DNA of 64,000 bases from an uncultured delta proteobacterium. Its GTDB lineage: Bacteria > Myxococcota > UBA727 > VGSZ01. Shown here piece after piece: positions 33,901 through 42,833 of this stretch. The notes below the pieces were generated by a model that saw only the letters and a list, made by a program, of their open reading frames with translations, was not told the origin of the DNA and made no database searches. The DNA is taken from the NCBI GenBank assembly GCA_963775425.1, contig CAVZJB010000007.1:224001-288000 (forward strand), read 5' to 3'. The position numbers and the translations under genes are program-made. How positions within the stretch are numbered: position 1 is the stretch's first letter; each line of letters opens with the position of its first letter.

Positions 33901-36806
33901 TCGCCGACGGGCGCGAGGTTGACGATGGAGCTGCCGTCGCCCGGGTTCCAGTAGTAGAGCCACAGCGGCGAGCCGGCGCTGCCGCGGCTCGGCGAAGCGT
34001 CGAACCTGACATCGAGCGGCGCGGGGCCGGTGGTGGGCGTGGCGGTGGCGGCGACCACCGTGAGGTCGTCGCCGAGGTCCACGACGTCGACGCTGAACGT
34101 GTACGTGTCGATGGTGATGCCGAGGCTCGTGACGAGGTCGAGCGTCACCGGGTACGTCCCCGCGGCCGGCGGCGTCCACAGCACGACGCGTTGGTTGCCG
34201 GCGAGGAGGAACCCGGGCGGCAGAGGCTCGCGCGGCACCACCATCAGGACGTCGCCGGGCAGCTCGTTTTCGATGTCGACGGCGTTGTCCTGATCGTACA
34301 TGTACGAGCGCCCGACGGCGGCGAACGGGTTGGCCGTGTGCGCGAGGTGCGGCAGCGTGTCCGGCGGCCGCGAGAGCACGAAGTCCTGCTCATCGCTGCC
34401 GAACGCGTTTTCGGCTTTGATGCGCACGTCGACGGGATCGGTCAGCACGGGGATCCACGTGATGGCGCCGGTGGCCACGTCGACCACCATGCCCGACGGC
34501 CCCTCCACCAAAGACCAGCGGATCTCGCCGGAGCCGACGGCGGTGGGGGCCCCGCCGGCGCCGTCATAGGTATAGGCGGCACCGACGTTGAAGATCGTCC
34601 TGGGCGTGGAGGTGATGACCGGCGGCGCGTAGACGTCGACCGCGAAGTCCTGCAGGTCCTCTCCGTCGGCGTTGTCGACGGCGATCTCGACGGGCACCGG
34701 GCCCTCGACGTCGGGGAGCCAGCTCACCAAGCCGCTCACCGGGTCCACCGTCATCCCGGGCGGCCCGTCGACGAGCCGGAAGCTCGTGCCCGTGCCCGTG
34801 GCGTTTACGCAGCCGTCGTCGTCATCGTACGCGTAGGGGGCGCCCACCACCGCGACGGTGCGCGCCACCGACGCCACCCGCGGCGCGCCCAGGCCCGCGC
34901 GCACCGTGACGGTCACCGTGTCGGGCGCGCTGGTGAAGGCGCCGTCGCTCACGGTGAGCGCGAAGGAGACAGCGACGTCGCTGAGCACGACGGGCGCGGT
35001 GAACGTGGGCTGCGCGGCGGAGGCATCGTCGAGGACCACGGGCGGGCCGGCGGTCTGCGCCCAAGAAAACAGGAGGGGCGTGCCGTCGGGGTCGCTGGAG
35101 CCGGAGCCATCGAGCGCGACGGTGCTGCCGGGCGCGGCGTCGGCGTCGGTGCCGGCGCTCGCGGTGGGCGGGGCATTGGCGGCGTCGGTGACGATGACGT
35201 CGACGGTGTCCGTGTCGGTGAGCGCGCCGTCGTCGACGGTGAGCGTGAAGGTGAGCGTGACGCCCGCGGGCGGCGCGACGAAGCGCGGCGCCGGCGACGA
35301 CGGATCATCGAGCGTGACGGGCGGGCCGGCGATCTGCGTCCAGGTGAAGGCGAGCGCGGTGCCGTCCGGGTCGGCGCTGGCGCTGCCGTCGAGGGAGGCC
35401 ACGGTGTTTTCGACGGCGACGAAGTCCGCGCCGGCGTCGGCGACGGGGGCGTCGTTGAGCGCGTCGATGACGGTGACGTGGACGACGGCCGTGTCGGTGT
35501 TGATGCCGTCGCTCACGAGGAGAGTGAACGTGAGCACGGTGTCGGCGGTGACGGTGGGCGCGGTGAACTGCGGCGTGGCCGACGACGGATTGTCGAGCGT
35601 GACCGCCGGGCCCGCCGTCTGCGTCCACGTGAACGACAGCGCCGTGCCGTCGGGATCGGACGACGCGCTGCCGTCGAGGCTGACGACGCTCGTCTCGTCG
35701 ACGCTCTGATCGGGGCCCGCGTCGGCGACGGGCGGGCCGCCTGCCTGGAGGTCGAGCGTCCAGGTCTCGTCGGAGTACACCGACGAGGTGCCGCCGATCA
35801 CCCGGCCACCGAACATCACCACCTTGCCGAGCAACGGCGAGTACGCCGTGCCCGGATCGTCGATGGTGCCGCGGTCGAGGTCCACGAGCTGCTGCTGCGT
35901 CCACGCCTGTGTCTGCGGGTCGTAGGTGAAGGCGCCGCCGAGGAGCGTGTCGACGTCCTGGCCGCCGTAGACGAGCATCTTGCCGTCGGCGTCGTCGAAG
36001 GCCGCGGCGCAGAAGCCGCGCGCTTCGGGAGGGTTGCTCGCGTTCACCAAGGTCCACGCGAGCGTGTCGACGTCGAGCTCCCACGTCTGGTTGTCCATCA
36101 CCGCGGCGGTGCCGACGTAGCCAGTCTGTCCGCCGAAGACGATGAGCTTGTGGCGGGCGGCGTCGTAGGCGCTGCAGGTGGCGGCGCGCGCGGCGGGCGG
36201 CGTGCCGGTGGTGGTGACCTGCGTCCACACCGCCGTGCCGGCGGCGGCGTCGACGCTCAGGCGCCACACGTCGTTGAAGAAGCCGCCGGTGACGTTTCCG
36301 CCGAAGCCCTGCGGCTCGATGTTCCAGCCGCCGAAGAGGATGAAGTCGCCGCGGTGCGGGACGTACTTGAAGACGCCGAAGCCGCGAGGAGAAGGCGCGG
36401 TGCCGCCGGTGTCGAGCGACGTCCACGCCGACGTCGTCGGGTTGAACGCGTAGAGGTCGTTGAGGTGCTCGAAGCGGATGCCGAGGTTGTGGAAGCCGCC
36501 GAAGAGGACGCCGCGATCCGCAGCTTCGTCCCACTCGAACACGTGCTGATCGCGCGGCGACGGCGTGTTCGTCGACGTCACTTGCGTCCATGTGAGGGCG
36601 GCGGTGTCGAAGCGCCAGAGATCGCCGAGCCAGTTGCCGCCGAAGCCGGCGAAGCACCACATCTGCTCGCGATCGGCGAGCGGCTCGAGCGCGCCGCCGC
36701 ACGAGCGACGCGGCGACGGCTTCGAGCTCGGGGTCAATTGATCGAAGTCGACCTGCGCGAGCGCAGGGCCGGAGAACGCGAGCGCGAAGAGCCACGCGAA
36801 GCGCAT
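30939..36806 (-). CDS. Giant surface protein: Kelch propeller, PKD/REJ and Ig (He_PIG-like) repeats, with internal and terminal MYXO-CTERM-like signals
   Basis: Signal MRFAWLFALAFSGPALA; Kelch repeats; PVADAG..LDGSASSDPDG; PKD W.YGDG/FGDG; internal GGCAS..ALVLAGLALIRRRRR; terminal SCAS..LALALAALSLRRRRR. Confidence 0.9.
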   Translation of the reverse strand: MRFAWLFALAFSGPALAQVDFDQLTPSSKPSPRRSCGGALEPLADREQMWCFAGFGGNWLGDLWRFDTAALTWTQVTSTNTPSPRDQHVFEWDEAADRGVLFGGFHNLGIRFEHLNDLYAFNPTTSAWTSLDTGGTAPSPRGFGVFKYVPHRGDFILFGGWNIEPQGFGGNVTGGFFNDVWRLSVDAAAGTAVWTQVTTTGTPPAARAATCSAYDAARHKLIVFGGQTGYVGTAAVMDNQTWELDVDTLAWTLVNASNPPEARGFCAAAFDDADGKMLVYGGQDVDTLLGGAFTYDPQTQAWTQQQLVDLDRGTIDDPGTAYSPLLGKVVMFGGRVIGGTSSVYSDETWTLDLQAGGPPVADAGPDQSVDETSVVSLDGSASSDPDGTALSFTWTQTAGPAVTLDNPSSATPQFTAPTVTADTVLTFTLLVSDGINTDTAVVHVTVIDALNDAPVADAGADFVAVENTVASLDGSASADPDGTALAFTWTQIAGPPVTLDDPSSPAPRFVAPPAGVTLTFTLTVDDGALTDTDTVDVIVTDAANAPPTASAGTDADAAPGSTVALDGSGSSDPDGTPLLFSWAQTAGPPVVLDDASAAQPTFTAPVVLSDVAVSFALTVSDGAFTSAPDTVTVTVRAGLGAPRVASVARTVAVVGAPYAYDDDDGCVNATGTGTSFRLVDGPPGMTVDPVSGLVSWLPDVEGPVPVEIAVDNADGEDLQDFAVDVYAPPVITSTPRTIFNVGAAYTYDGAGGAPTAVGSGEIRWSLVEGPSGMVVDVATGAITWIPVLTDPVDVRIKAENAFGSDEQDFVLSRPPDTLPHLAHTANPFAAVGRSYMYDQDNAVDIENELPGDVLMVVPREPLPPGFLLAGNQRVVLWTPPAAGTYPVTLDLVTSLGITIDTYTFSVDVVDLGDDLTVVAATATPTTGPAPLDVRFDASPSRGSAGSPLWLYYWNPGDGSSIVNLAPVGDAASATASYRYVIPGSYTATVEAWDPYGVFSSDKVTISVLDGARQPPTARINADVLEGHDQLTVHLSCDCADADGHIAGIQWSYGDGSFASETAPTHTYVRPGNYHVRVTAFDDDGLTGTDDVDVRVRDGDLSPPQAHIAATPAEGDEPMNVRLTADVGDEDGVVVDVKWSLPDGTQRTGASVDAVFPTPGYFPVLLSATDNDGLVGRDVLTIAVRADGVRAPRVVSAPALAAVAGQAWHYDADDRASAQGGRPIGWRVGKDLDGKKIGAPKGLAVDFDTGKLTWTPSADQVGDQHVVLVAENGAGADLQEFDVHVTAAAVDGGCASTRTSSTAPSIALVLAGLALIRRRRRTTVVRRRVRRRGTVVAAVAAALSAGGAHAAPTITSTPVTTARVGTVYASPLPAADGEPPFAWALGDAPPGMVVDNVDGRLLWMPTAAGPVDVELLVVDRSGSASQRFTVDVGAGAPPSLAIAEPPGGYVFRIDEIGALDPNAYLVPVSGDQPMQFQSPRGSCLFVTPNGVAIIHQANAGVCHTTVNVVNPWGVDERALDITFVDPPDDEKVLLPALTATPIEGAAPLLVQFDGTASRMPENGADYAVAAFIYFGDDEGVDLGATAAGLSAEHLYEVPGTYEATLQLVARDQAVERATFSALTTVVITVDAAESRPPATSLVTDASTGPAPFGVRFTSHTLPGDAVIAAYSVDFGDGDHFEAAFSDLVGFVEPSPQHTYARPGAYTATLTVTDTLGRQATSTADIVATAADGSPPEARILAFPSRGEVPLTVQLDAEKNDLDGYVVRSTWILPDGTVSGEVRPTVTLTAPGKHTVELVVADDDGLETRARAVITATKDGTIPPRVVSTPNTHAVAGQPWSYDADGVISVTGGGPYAFTLGKELGDAIVNAPAGMKLDERTGKLTWTPGKDVSGEVPVSVRVENAAGATLHEFILLVTSAQPSRAAPASCASASGPASSLDALALALAALSLRRRRR

Positions 36807-36848
36807 CCGGGAATCGTACGTCGCCGCGCGCGTGCGCAGCGGAGTGTC

Positions 36849-38498
36849 TCACTCGAGGCGGAACACGAGCTTGCTCGTCTCGTTCACACGCACATCGATG
36901 ACTTTGTGGTCGCTCTTGTGGCTCGGCGGGTTGATGACGTCGACGGTGTGCTCTCCGATGGTCAGCGCGTGTCCTCGCAGCGGAGAGCGCAAGCCGGCTT
37001 TGCCGTCGATGGTGATGTCGCACCACGGCAGACACGCGACCTCAAGAGAGCCCATCGCCTCCTTGCCCTTGCGGCTCACACGATCTCCGTGCGTCGCGTG
37101 CGACGGCGCCGTCGTCGCCGCGGGCGCGGTCGTCGCCGCAGACGTCGCCGCGGGCGCGGGCGGCGCCGTCGTCGCGGGCGGCGCCGTCGTCGCGGGCGGC
37201 GCCGTCGTCGCGGGCGGCGCCGTCGTCGCGGGCGGCGCCGTCGTCGCGGGCGGCGCCGTCGTCGCGGGCGGCGCCGTCGTCGCGGGCGGCGCCGTCGTCG
37301 CGGGCGGCGCCGGGGCCACCATCGTCGACGCGGCGGCGTCGGGCTCGTCCACCGGCGCGCGCGCCCACAGGCCCACCGCCGCGGCGACGACGAGGACGCC
37401 GGCACCGGCGGCCCAGGGCCAGGCCGGACGGGCGCCCTCGGCGGCGGGCGCGACGACGACGGTGGCGGTGTCGGGCACCGTCGGGGTCGGCTTCGTCGGC
37501 GTCACCCGGCGCGTGGGCGCCTCGGTGTCCGCCTCGAGCACCGAGCGCGCCGGCTCCGCGCGCGCCTCCGCCGCGATCGACGCGAGCTCCTTGCGCGCGG
37601 CTTCGACGTCGACGGGGAACGCGGCGAGCAGCGTGTCGGCGAACGCAGCGCAGTCGGGGAACCGCCCCGCCGGGTCGCGCGAGACGGCGCGCAGGCACGC
37701 CGCCTTGATGTCGGGCAGGGCGGCGGCGTCGTCGAGCTGCTGGCCGATGTCGTCCATGCGCCCGTCGAGCACCGCCTTGATGACGTCGATCTCGCTCTGC
37801 CCGCCGTACACGCGCTTGCCGGTGAGCATCTCCACCACCACCAGGCCGGCGGCGTATTGATCCGTGCGTGCGTCGAGGATCTTGGCCTCGACCTGCTCCG
37901 GCGCCATGTACGTGAGCTTCCCTTTGAGCACGCCGGTCTCGGTCTTGTGCAGCCGATCCGCTGCGTGGGCCACACCGAAGTCGACCAGCTTCACGTCGCC
38001 GTGCACCGACACCAACACGTTGTGCGGGCTCACGTCGCGATGGACGATCGACAGCGGGCTCCCGTCGTCGGCCTTGGCCTTGTGCGCGTGGTCGAGCGCA
38101 CGCAACAGGCCCATGCCCGCGAACAGCGCCGCCCCCTGCGACAACCGCCGCTCGTGCCGCGCGAGGAAGCCGAGGATCTTCGACAGCGCGATCCCTTCGA
38201 CGAGCTCCATCACGATGAAGTACGCGCCGTCGACGCAGCCGCACTGGATCACCTGCGCGATGTTCGGGTGCGACAGGCGCGCGGCGATGCGCGCTTCGTC
38301 GAGCAACATCTCCACGAAGCGCGCGTCGCTCGTGTGCTCCGGCAGGATGCGCTTGATGGCCACCTCGCGCTTGAAGCCGCCGAGGCCGCGGATCTCGGCG
38401 CGGTGGATCTCCGCCATGCCGCCGGCGGCGATCTTCTCGATGAGGAAGTATTCGCCGAACGGCGTTCCCCGCTCGGGCGCGCCCTTGCTCGTGCTCAT
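36849..38498 (-). CDS. Membrane Ser/Thr protein kinase with Pro/Thr linker and PEGA-like C-terminus
   Basis: IAAGGMAE, VAIK, HPNI, VHRDVSPHN, DFG, GKLTYMAPEQ; TM segment; C-terminal LEVACLPWCDITIDG. Confidence 0.95.
   Translation of the reverse strand: MSTSKGAPERGTPFGEYFLIEKIAAGGMAEIHRAEIRGLGGFKREVAIKRILPEHTSDARFVEMLLDEARIAARLSHPNIAQVIQCGCVDGAYFIVMELVEGIALSKILGFLARHERRLSQGAALFAGMGLLRALDHAHKAKADDGSPLSIVHRDVSPHNVLVSVHGDVKLVDFGVAHAADRLHKTETGVLKGKLTYMAPEQVEAKILDARTDQYAAGLVVVEMLTGKRVYGGQSEIDVIKAVLDGRMDDIGQQLDDAAALPDIKAACLRAVSRDPAGRFPDCAAFADTLLAAFPVDVEAARKELASIAAEARAEPARSVLEADTEAPTRRVTPTKPTPTVPDTATVVVAPAAEGARPAWPWAAGAGVLVVAAAVGLWARAPVDEPDAAASTMVAPAPPATTAPPATTAPPATTAPPATTAPPATTAPPATTAPPATTAPPATTAPPAPAATSAATTAPAATTAPSHATHGDRVSRKGKEAMGSLEVACLPWCDITIDGKAGLRSPLRGHALTIGEHTVDVINPPSHKSDHKVIDVRVNETSKLVFRLE
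37156..37311. repeat. Perfect 18-bp tandem repeat, 8 full copies plus a partial, encoding (APPATT)n
   Basis: Unit GCGGGCGGCGCCGTCGTC repeated without mismatch inside the kinase gene. Confidence 0.95.
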
Positions 38499-38548
38499 GC
38501 TTTGGGGAAGGTAGCGCGCGGGGTCGACCGTTAGTAGCGTCGCACCGC

Positions 38549-39697
38549 ATGGAACACGCGTCGTGGCGCGAGGTGAGCGCGAAGGCCCTGCAGCACAACG
38601 TGCGCACGCTGCGGGCGCTCGCCGGTGACGCGCGGCTCGGCGTCGTCGTGAAGGCCGACGCCTACGGCCACGGCCTCGTCCACGTGGCGCCCGCGCTGGT
38701 GGCCGCGGGCGTCGATTGGTTGGTGGTCAACTTCGCCCACGAGGCGCAAGCGGTCCGCGCCCTGCCCCGCTGCGCCGACGTCCCTGTGTACGTGTGCGGC
38801 ACCGTCTTTCCCCACGAGGCCGCCGCCGTCGTCGACGCGCGTGCGCGCACGGTGATCTACGACGGCGAGGTCGCGCAGGCGCTCGACGCCGCGTCCCGCG
38901 CCGCCGGCGTCGTCACCCCCGTTCACGTCAAGATCGAGACGGGCACCCACCGCCAGGGCCTCGAGCTCCCCGCCGCGCTCGGCCTCGCCCGCTTCGCGCG
39001 CTCGTTGCCCGGCCTCGTCGTCGAGGGCATCACCACGCACTTCGCCGACATCGAGGACTCCACCGACCACCGCTTCGCCGACGCGCAGTGGCGCGCGCTG
39101 CAGGAGGCGCGCGCGGCGTTCGCCGCCGAGACGGAGGCGCCGCTCCTCGTGCACGCGGCCAACTCCGCCGCCACCATCCTCGAGAAGAAGACCCACGCCG
39201 ACCTCGTCCGCGCGGGCATCGCGGCCTACGGGCTGTGGCCATCGAAGGAGACGCTGGCCGCCTGGCGCGAGCGGCACACGGGCGAGGCGCCGGCGCTCTC
39301 CGCGGTGCTGTCGTGGCGCGCGCGCCTCGCCCAGGTGAAGGACGTCCCCGCCGGCGCCTACGTCGGCTACGGGCGCACCTACCGGACCACGCGCGCCTCG
39401 CGCATCGGCATCCTCCCGATCGGCTACCACGAGGGGTACGACCGCCGCCTCTCCAACAGCGCGCACGCCCTCGTCGCCGGCATGCGCGCCCCCGTGCGCG
39501 GCCGCGTGTGCATGAACATGACCATGATCGACGTCACCGACGTTCCCTCCGCCAAGGCCGGCGACGTCGCCACGCTCCTGGGCGCCGACGGCGACGAGCG
39601 CGTCACCGCCGAGCAGCTCGCGTCGTGGATGGGGAGCATCCACTACGAGGTCGTCAGCCGCATCCACCCGGGCCAGCCCGCGCTGCTCACCGCCTGA
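38549..39697 (+). CDS. alr: Alanine racemase
   Basis: VVKADAYGHG, HVKIETGTHRQG, HAANSAA, VRAGIAAYG, VGYG, GRVCM, IHYEV. Confidence 0.96.
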   Translation: MEHASWREVSAKALQHNVRTLRALAGDARLGVVVKADAYGHGLVHVAPALVAAGVDWLVVNFAHEAQAVRALPRCADVPVYVCGTVFPHEAAAVVDARARTVIYDGEVAQALDAASRAAGVVTPVHVKIETGTHRQGLELPAALGLARFARSLPGLVVEGITTHFADIEDSTDHRFADAQWRALQEARAAFAAETEAPLLVHAANSAATILEKKTHADLVRAGIAAYGLWPSKETLAAWRERHTGEAPALSAVLSWRARLAQVKDVPAGAYVGYGRTYRTTRASRIGILPIGYHEGYDRRLSNSAHALVAGMRAPVRGRVCMNMTMIDVTDVPSAKAGDVATLLGADGDERVTAEQLASWMGSIHYEVVSRIHPGQPALLTA

Positions 39698-39757
39698 TCC
39701 GCGCGGCCGCTCCTCCGGTCGCTGATCCCACGCGGCCGCTCCCTCCGGTCCTGATCC
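39694..39757. repeat. About 28-29-bp imperfect direct repeat (2 copies plus a partial) at the 3' end of alr
   Basis: CTGATCC-GCGCGGCCGCT-CCTCCGGTC, then CTGATCCCACGCGGCCGCTCCCTCCGGTC, then CTGATCC. Confidence 0.7.
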
Positions 39758-39795
39758 GGAGAGAACTTCAGGCCGGCGCGCCCGTTCAACAGGGC

Positions 39796-40425
39796 ATGCC
39801 GCGCACCCTCAAGGTCTTCCAAGACGACTCCCTCCTCGATGACATCCAGGTCGCCTCGCCGTGCCCCGCCCTGTGGAGCGACATGGTCGGGTCGGACACT
39901 GTGCGCTTCTGTGCGTCCTGCCAGAAGAACGTCTTCAACCTCTCGGGCATGAGGCGCGACGAGGCCCTCGACCTCCTGCGCGCCACCGAGGGGCGGGTCT
40001 GCGTCCGCTTCTATCGCCGCGCCGACGGCACGGTGCTCACCGAGGACTGCCCCGTCGGCGTCGCCGCCGTGCTGCGCCGCGCCAAACGCATGACCCTCGC
40101 CGCCGCCGCCGTCTCCCTCGGCGCCGTCGCCGCCGTGCTCGCGGTCCTCGGCGGCGCGTTCATGACGCGCACCTGCCGCCGCATCGACGACGCGCGCACG
40201 CGCATCGAGGACGTGATGCCCGACGACGGCGACGGCGGCCTCACCGGCAAGCTGGTCACCCGCCCGCCCGAGGTCGAGCAGGGCGGCGCCGTCCCCGTGC
40301 TGGGGGAGGCGGTGGCGCCCCCTGCCCCGCCGCCGCCCACCATGGGCAAGCCCAGGCTGCCGCCCCGGCAGGACGGCGTGGCTGTGTTCCCCCCGCCGCG
40401 CGATCGAAACATGGTGACGCGCTGA
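39796..40425 (+). CDS. Hypothetical membrane protein with an N-terminal Cys motif
   Basis: ASPCPALWSDM.G....RFCASCQKNVFNLS.M...RVCVRF..RADGT..T.DC, followed by a TM segment and Pro-rich tail. Confidence 0.8.
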   Translation: MPRTLKVFQDDSLLDDIQVASPCPALWSDMVGSDTVRFCASCQKNVFNLSGMRRDEALDLLRATEGRVCVRFYRRADGTVLTEDCPVGVAAVLRRAKRMTLAAAAVSLGAVAAVLAVLGGAFMTRTCRRIDDARTRIEDVMPDDGDGGLTGKLVTRPPEVEQGGAVPVLGEAVAPPAPPPPTMGKPRLPPRQDGVAVFPPPRDRNMVTR

Positions 40426-40541
40426 GCCACCCGCTCCTCGACGTCGAGCCGCGGCGCGCCGGGTCGTCCTTTCGTCGGTGACGACGAAAAACAGAGCGTC
40501 TCGTGCGTGCGCGGCTGCAACCCGAACGTCACACTGAAGAT

Positions 40542-41192
40542 GTGGCCGGCTTCGAGATCCTCTTCACGTTCTTCCTGCTGGCCGCCGGCGGGGCGGCCGC
40601 GTTGGCGATGACGGCCGTCATCGGAGAGCGCCGCAAGCGCCGCTTCGTCGCGCGCGTCGCCGCGGGGCTCGACACGCAGGTCCTCGACGTGGAGAGCGGC
40701 GACATCACCATGCCGCTGTCGTTCACCGTCTGCGGGGTGCGCATCCACGCCGCCGTGCGCGGCGACGTCGAGGTCTGGCAGCTCGAGCGCGCCGATCGCT
40801 CCTTCGCGCAGCCGCCGTTCGCGGTCGTCTACCGCGATTGGCTCGCGCCCGACGCGCGCGGGCTCGCCCCCGTCGGCGACCTCACCTCGCGCCTGCTCGT
40901 CTACGGCGGCGACACCGACAGCGCGCGCGGCATCCTGGCCGCCGCGAGAGCCCAGCTCGCCAACGTGCTCGGCCGCCGCACCCGGCGCTGCCTCATCGGC
41001 GACGGACGGGCGTTCCTCGAAGTCACCCGGCGCGGCCTCGCCGTCGACGATCTCAAGGACGCCATCCTGCGGCTCGACGCCTTGCTGGCGGTGCTCGCCG
41101 GCGGCGACGCGCTCGGCCTCCTGCCCCCGTCCGCGGGCGGCGCCGCCGTCGCGGGCCCGCGTGGAATTCCGATCCCGGCGTTGACCGGATGA
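40542..41192 (+). CDS. Hypothetical membrane-anchored protein
   Basis: N-terminal TM followed by RRKRR; CACACT lies 6 nt before GTG 40542; codon pattern consistent with the genome's coding bias. Confidence 0.65.
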   Translation: MAGFEILFTFFLLAAGGAAALAMTAVIGERRKRRFVARVAAGLDTQVLDVESGDITMPLSFTVCGVRIHAAVRGDVEVWQLERADRSFAQPPFAVVYRDWLAPDARGLAPVGDLTSRLLVYGGDTDSARGILAAARAQLANVLGRRTRRCLIGDGRAFLEVTRRGLAVDDLKDAILRLDALLAVLAGGDALGLLPPSAGGAAVAGPRGIPIPALTG

Positions 41193-41216
41193 TCCGATCC
41201 CTGCGAGCGTGCGCCC

Positions 41217-42833
41217 ATGCGCAGCAGAGACAGGGAGAGGGTGCTCACCGAGCTTCGCAGCCGCATCGTCGATGAGGTCGCGCACGCAAACCTCGAGGAC
41301 GTGCTGCTCGATTCGGTCTACTTCGAGGGCAAGCGCCTCAAGGAGGACCGCCACCCCGACGAGGAAGACCAGGTCTTCTGGCGCGAGGTGAGGGACGACC
41401 TGCGCCGCGCCGGCGAGCGCACGCAGATCGACGTGCTCAAGCGCGTGGTCGACCGCTACGCCGCCGAGATCTGCGGGCGCTTCGACGAGCGCGTCTACAA
41501 CGCCGTCACGCGCGCGGGCGAGCCCTTCATCGGCCTCCTCCTGAACGCGGTCTCGCCCAAGAAGATCATCGCGGAGCTGCCGCGCCTGCCGCACTTCGAC
41601 GACGCCGTGGTGCTGCAAGGGGAGACGGAGCAGACCAAGAAGCTGCGCGAGCGCGGGACGCTGGTGCTCGTCCCCACGCACGTGTCCAACATGGACTCCA
41701 TCGCGGTGGGCTACGCGCTGTGGAAGCTCGGGTTGCCGCCGTTTCTCTACGGCGCCGGCCTCAACCTCTTTCAAAACCCGATGCTCGGGTTCTTCATGCG
41801 CAACCTCGGCGCCTACACCGTCGACCGGCGCAAGCAGGATCCGCTCTACAAGCGCGTGCTCAAGGAGTACGCCGGGCTCACGCTCGAAAACGGCTACGAC
41901 AACATCTTCTTCCCCGGCGGCACCCGCTCCCGCTCCGGCGCCGTGGAGAAGAAGCTCAAGCTCGGGCTGCTCGGCACCACCGTCGGCGCCTACGTCAACA
42001 ACCTCAAGGCCAACAAGCCGCGCGAGCGCATGTTCATCGTGCCCGCCACCTTGAGCTTCCAGCTCGTGCTCGAGGCGGAGACGCTCATCGACGACTTCCT
42101 CAAGGAGGTCGGCAAGGCGCGCTACATCATCACCGACGACGAATTCTCGCGGCCGCGGCGCGTGTTCGACTTCCTCACGCAGTTGTTGTCGCTCGACAGC
42201 AAGATCTTCTTCACCGTCGGCCGCGCCATGGACCCGTTCGGCAACCTCGTCGACGACGACGGGGAGAGCCTCGATCCACGCGGCCGCCGCATCGATCCCG
42301 CGCGCTACGTCCTGCGCGACGGGCTCCCGGTGCACGACGCACAGCGCGACGCCGAGCTCACGCGCGAGGTGGGCGACCGCCTCGTCGAGGCCTACGCGCG
42401 CGACACGGTCATCCAGAGCACGCACGTCATCGCGCACGCCATGTTCAGTCTGCTGCGCCAGGCAAACAACACGGACCTGCTCCGCCTCCTGCGCGGCGGC
42501 GGCAAGGTCGACTCCGTCGAGCTGCTCGCGCTCTACGCCGAGGTGAAGCGCTTGTTGGAGGAGCTGCGCGGCCTGCACGATCGCGGCGGCGTGCGCCTCG
42601 GCCCGGTGATCTCCCGCGGCGGCGCCGAGGACGTCGTGGCCGACGGCCTGCGCCACTTCGCCATCTACCACGCGCACCCCGCGGTGACGCGTGTCGGGGA
42701 CCGCGTGACCACGGAAGACCGCGCGCTGCTCTTTTATTATTCGAACCGGCTCGAGGGGTATCGCCTCGAGCGCAACGTCGGGCTCAAGCCGCCGCTGTCG
42801 CTCGACCACCGCGCGCTCGGGAGGGGTGCATGA
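41217..42833 (+). CDS. plsB: Glycerol-3-phosphate acyltransferase (PlsB-like)
   Basis: PTHVSNMDS (HxxxxD), AGLNL, LGAYTVDR, FFPGGTRSRSG, KLGLL. Confidence 0.85.
   Translation: MRSRDRERVLTELRSRIVDEVAHANLEDVLLDSVYFEGKRLKEDRHPDEEDQVFWREVRDDLRRAGERTQIDVLKRVVDRYAAEICGRFDERVYNAVTRAGEPFIGLLLNAVSPKKIIAELPRLPHFDDAVVLQGETEQTKKLRERGTLVLVPTHVSNMDSIAVGYALWKLGLPPFLYGAGLNLFQNPMLGFFMRNLGAYTVDRRKQDPLYKRVLKEYAGLTLENGYDNIFFPGGTRSRSGAVEKKLKLGLLGTTVGAYVNNLKANKPRERMFIVPATLSFQLVLEAETLIDDFLKEVGKARYIITDDEFSRPRRVFDFLTQLLSLDSKIFFTVGRAMDPFGNLVDDDGESLDPRGRRIDPARYVLRDGLPVHDAQRDAELTREVGDRLVEAYARDTVIQSTHVIAHAMFSLLRQANNTDLLRLLRGGGKVDSVELLALYAEVKRLLEELRGLHDRGGVRLGPVISRGGAEDVVADGLRHFAIYHAHPAVTRVGDRVTTEDRALLFYYSNRLEGYRLERNVGLKPPLSLDHRALGRGA

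Noticed and set aside
37156-37311. Possible CRISPR array
   Set aside because: The 18-bp units are contiguous with no spacers, lie in frame inside a kinase gene, and no cas genes are present.
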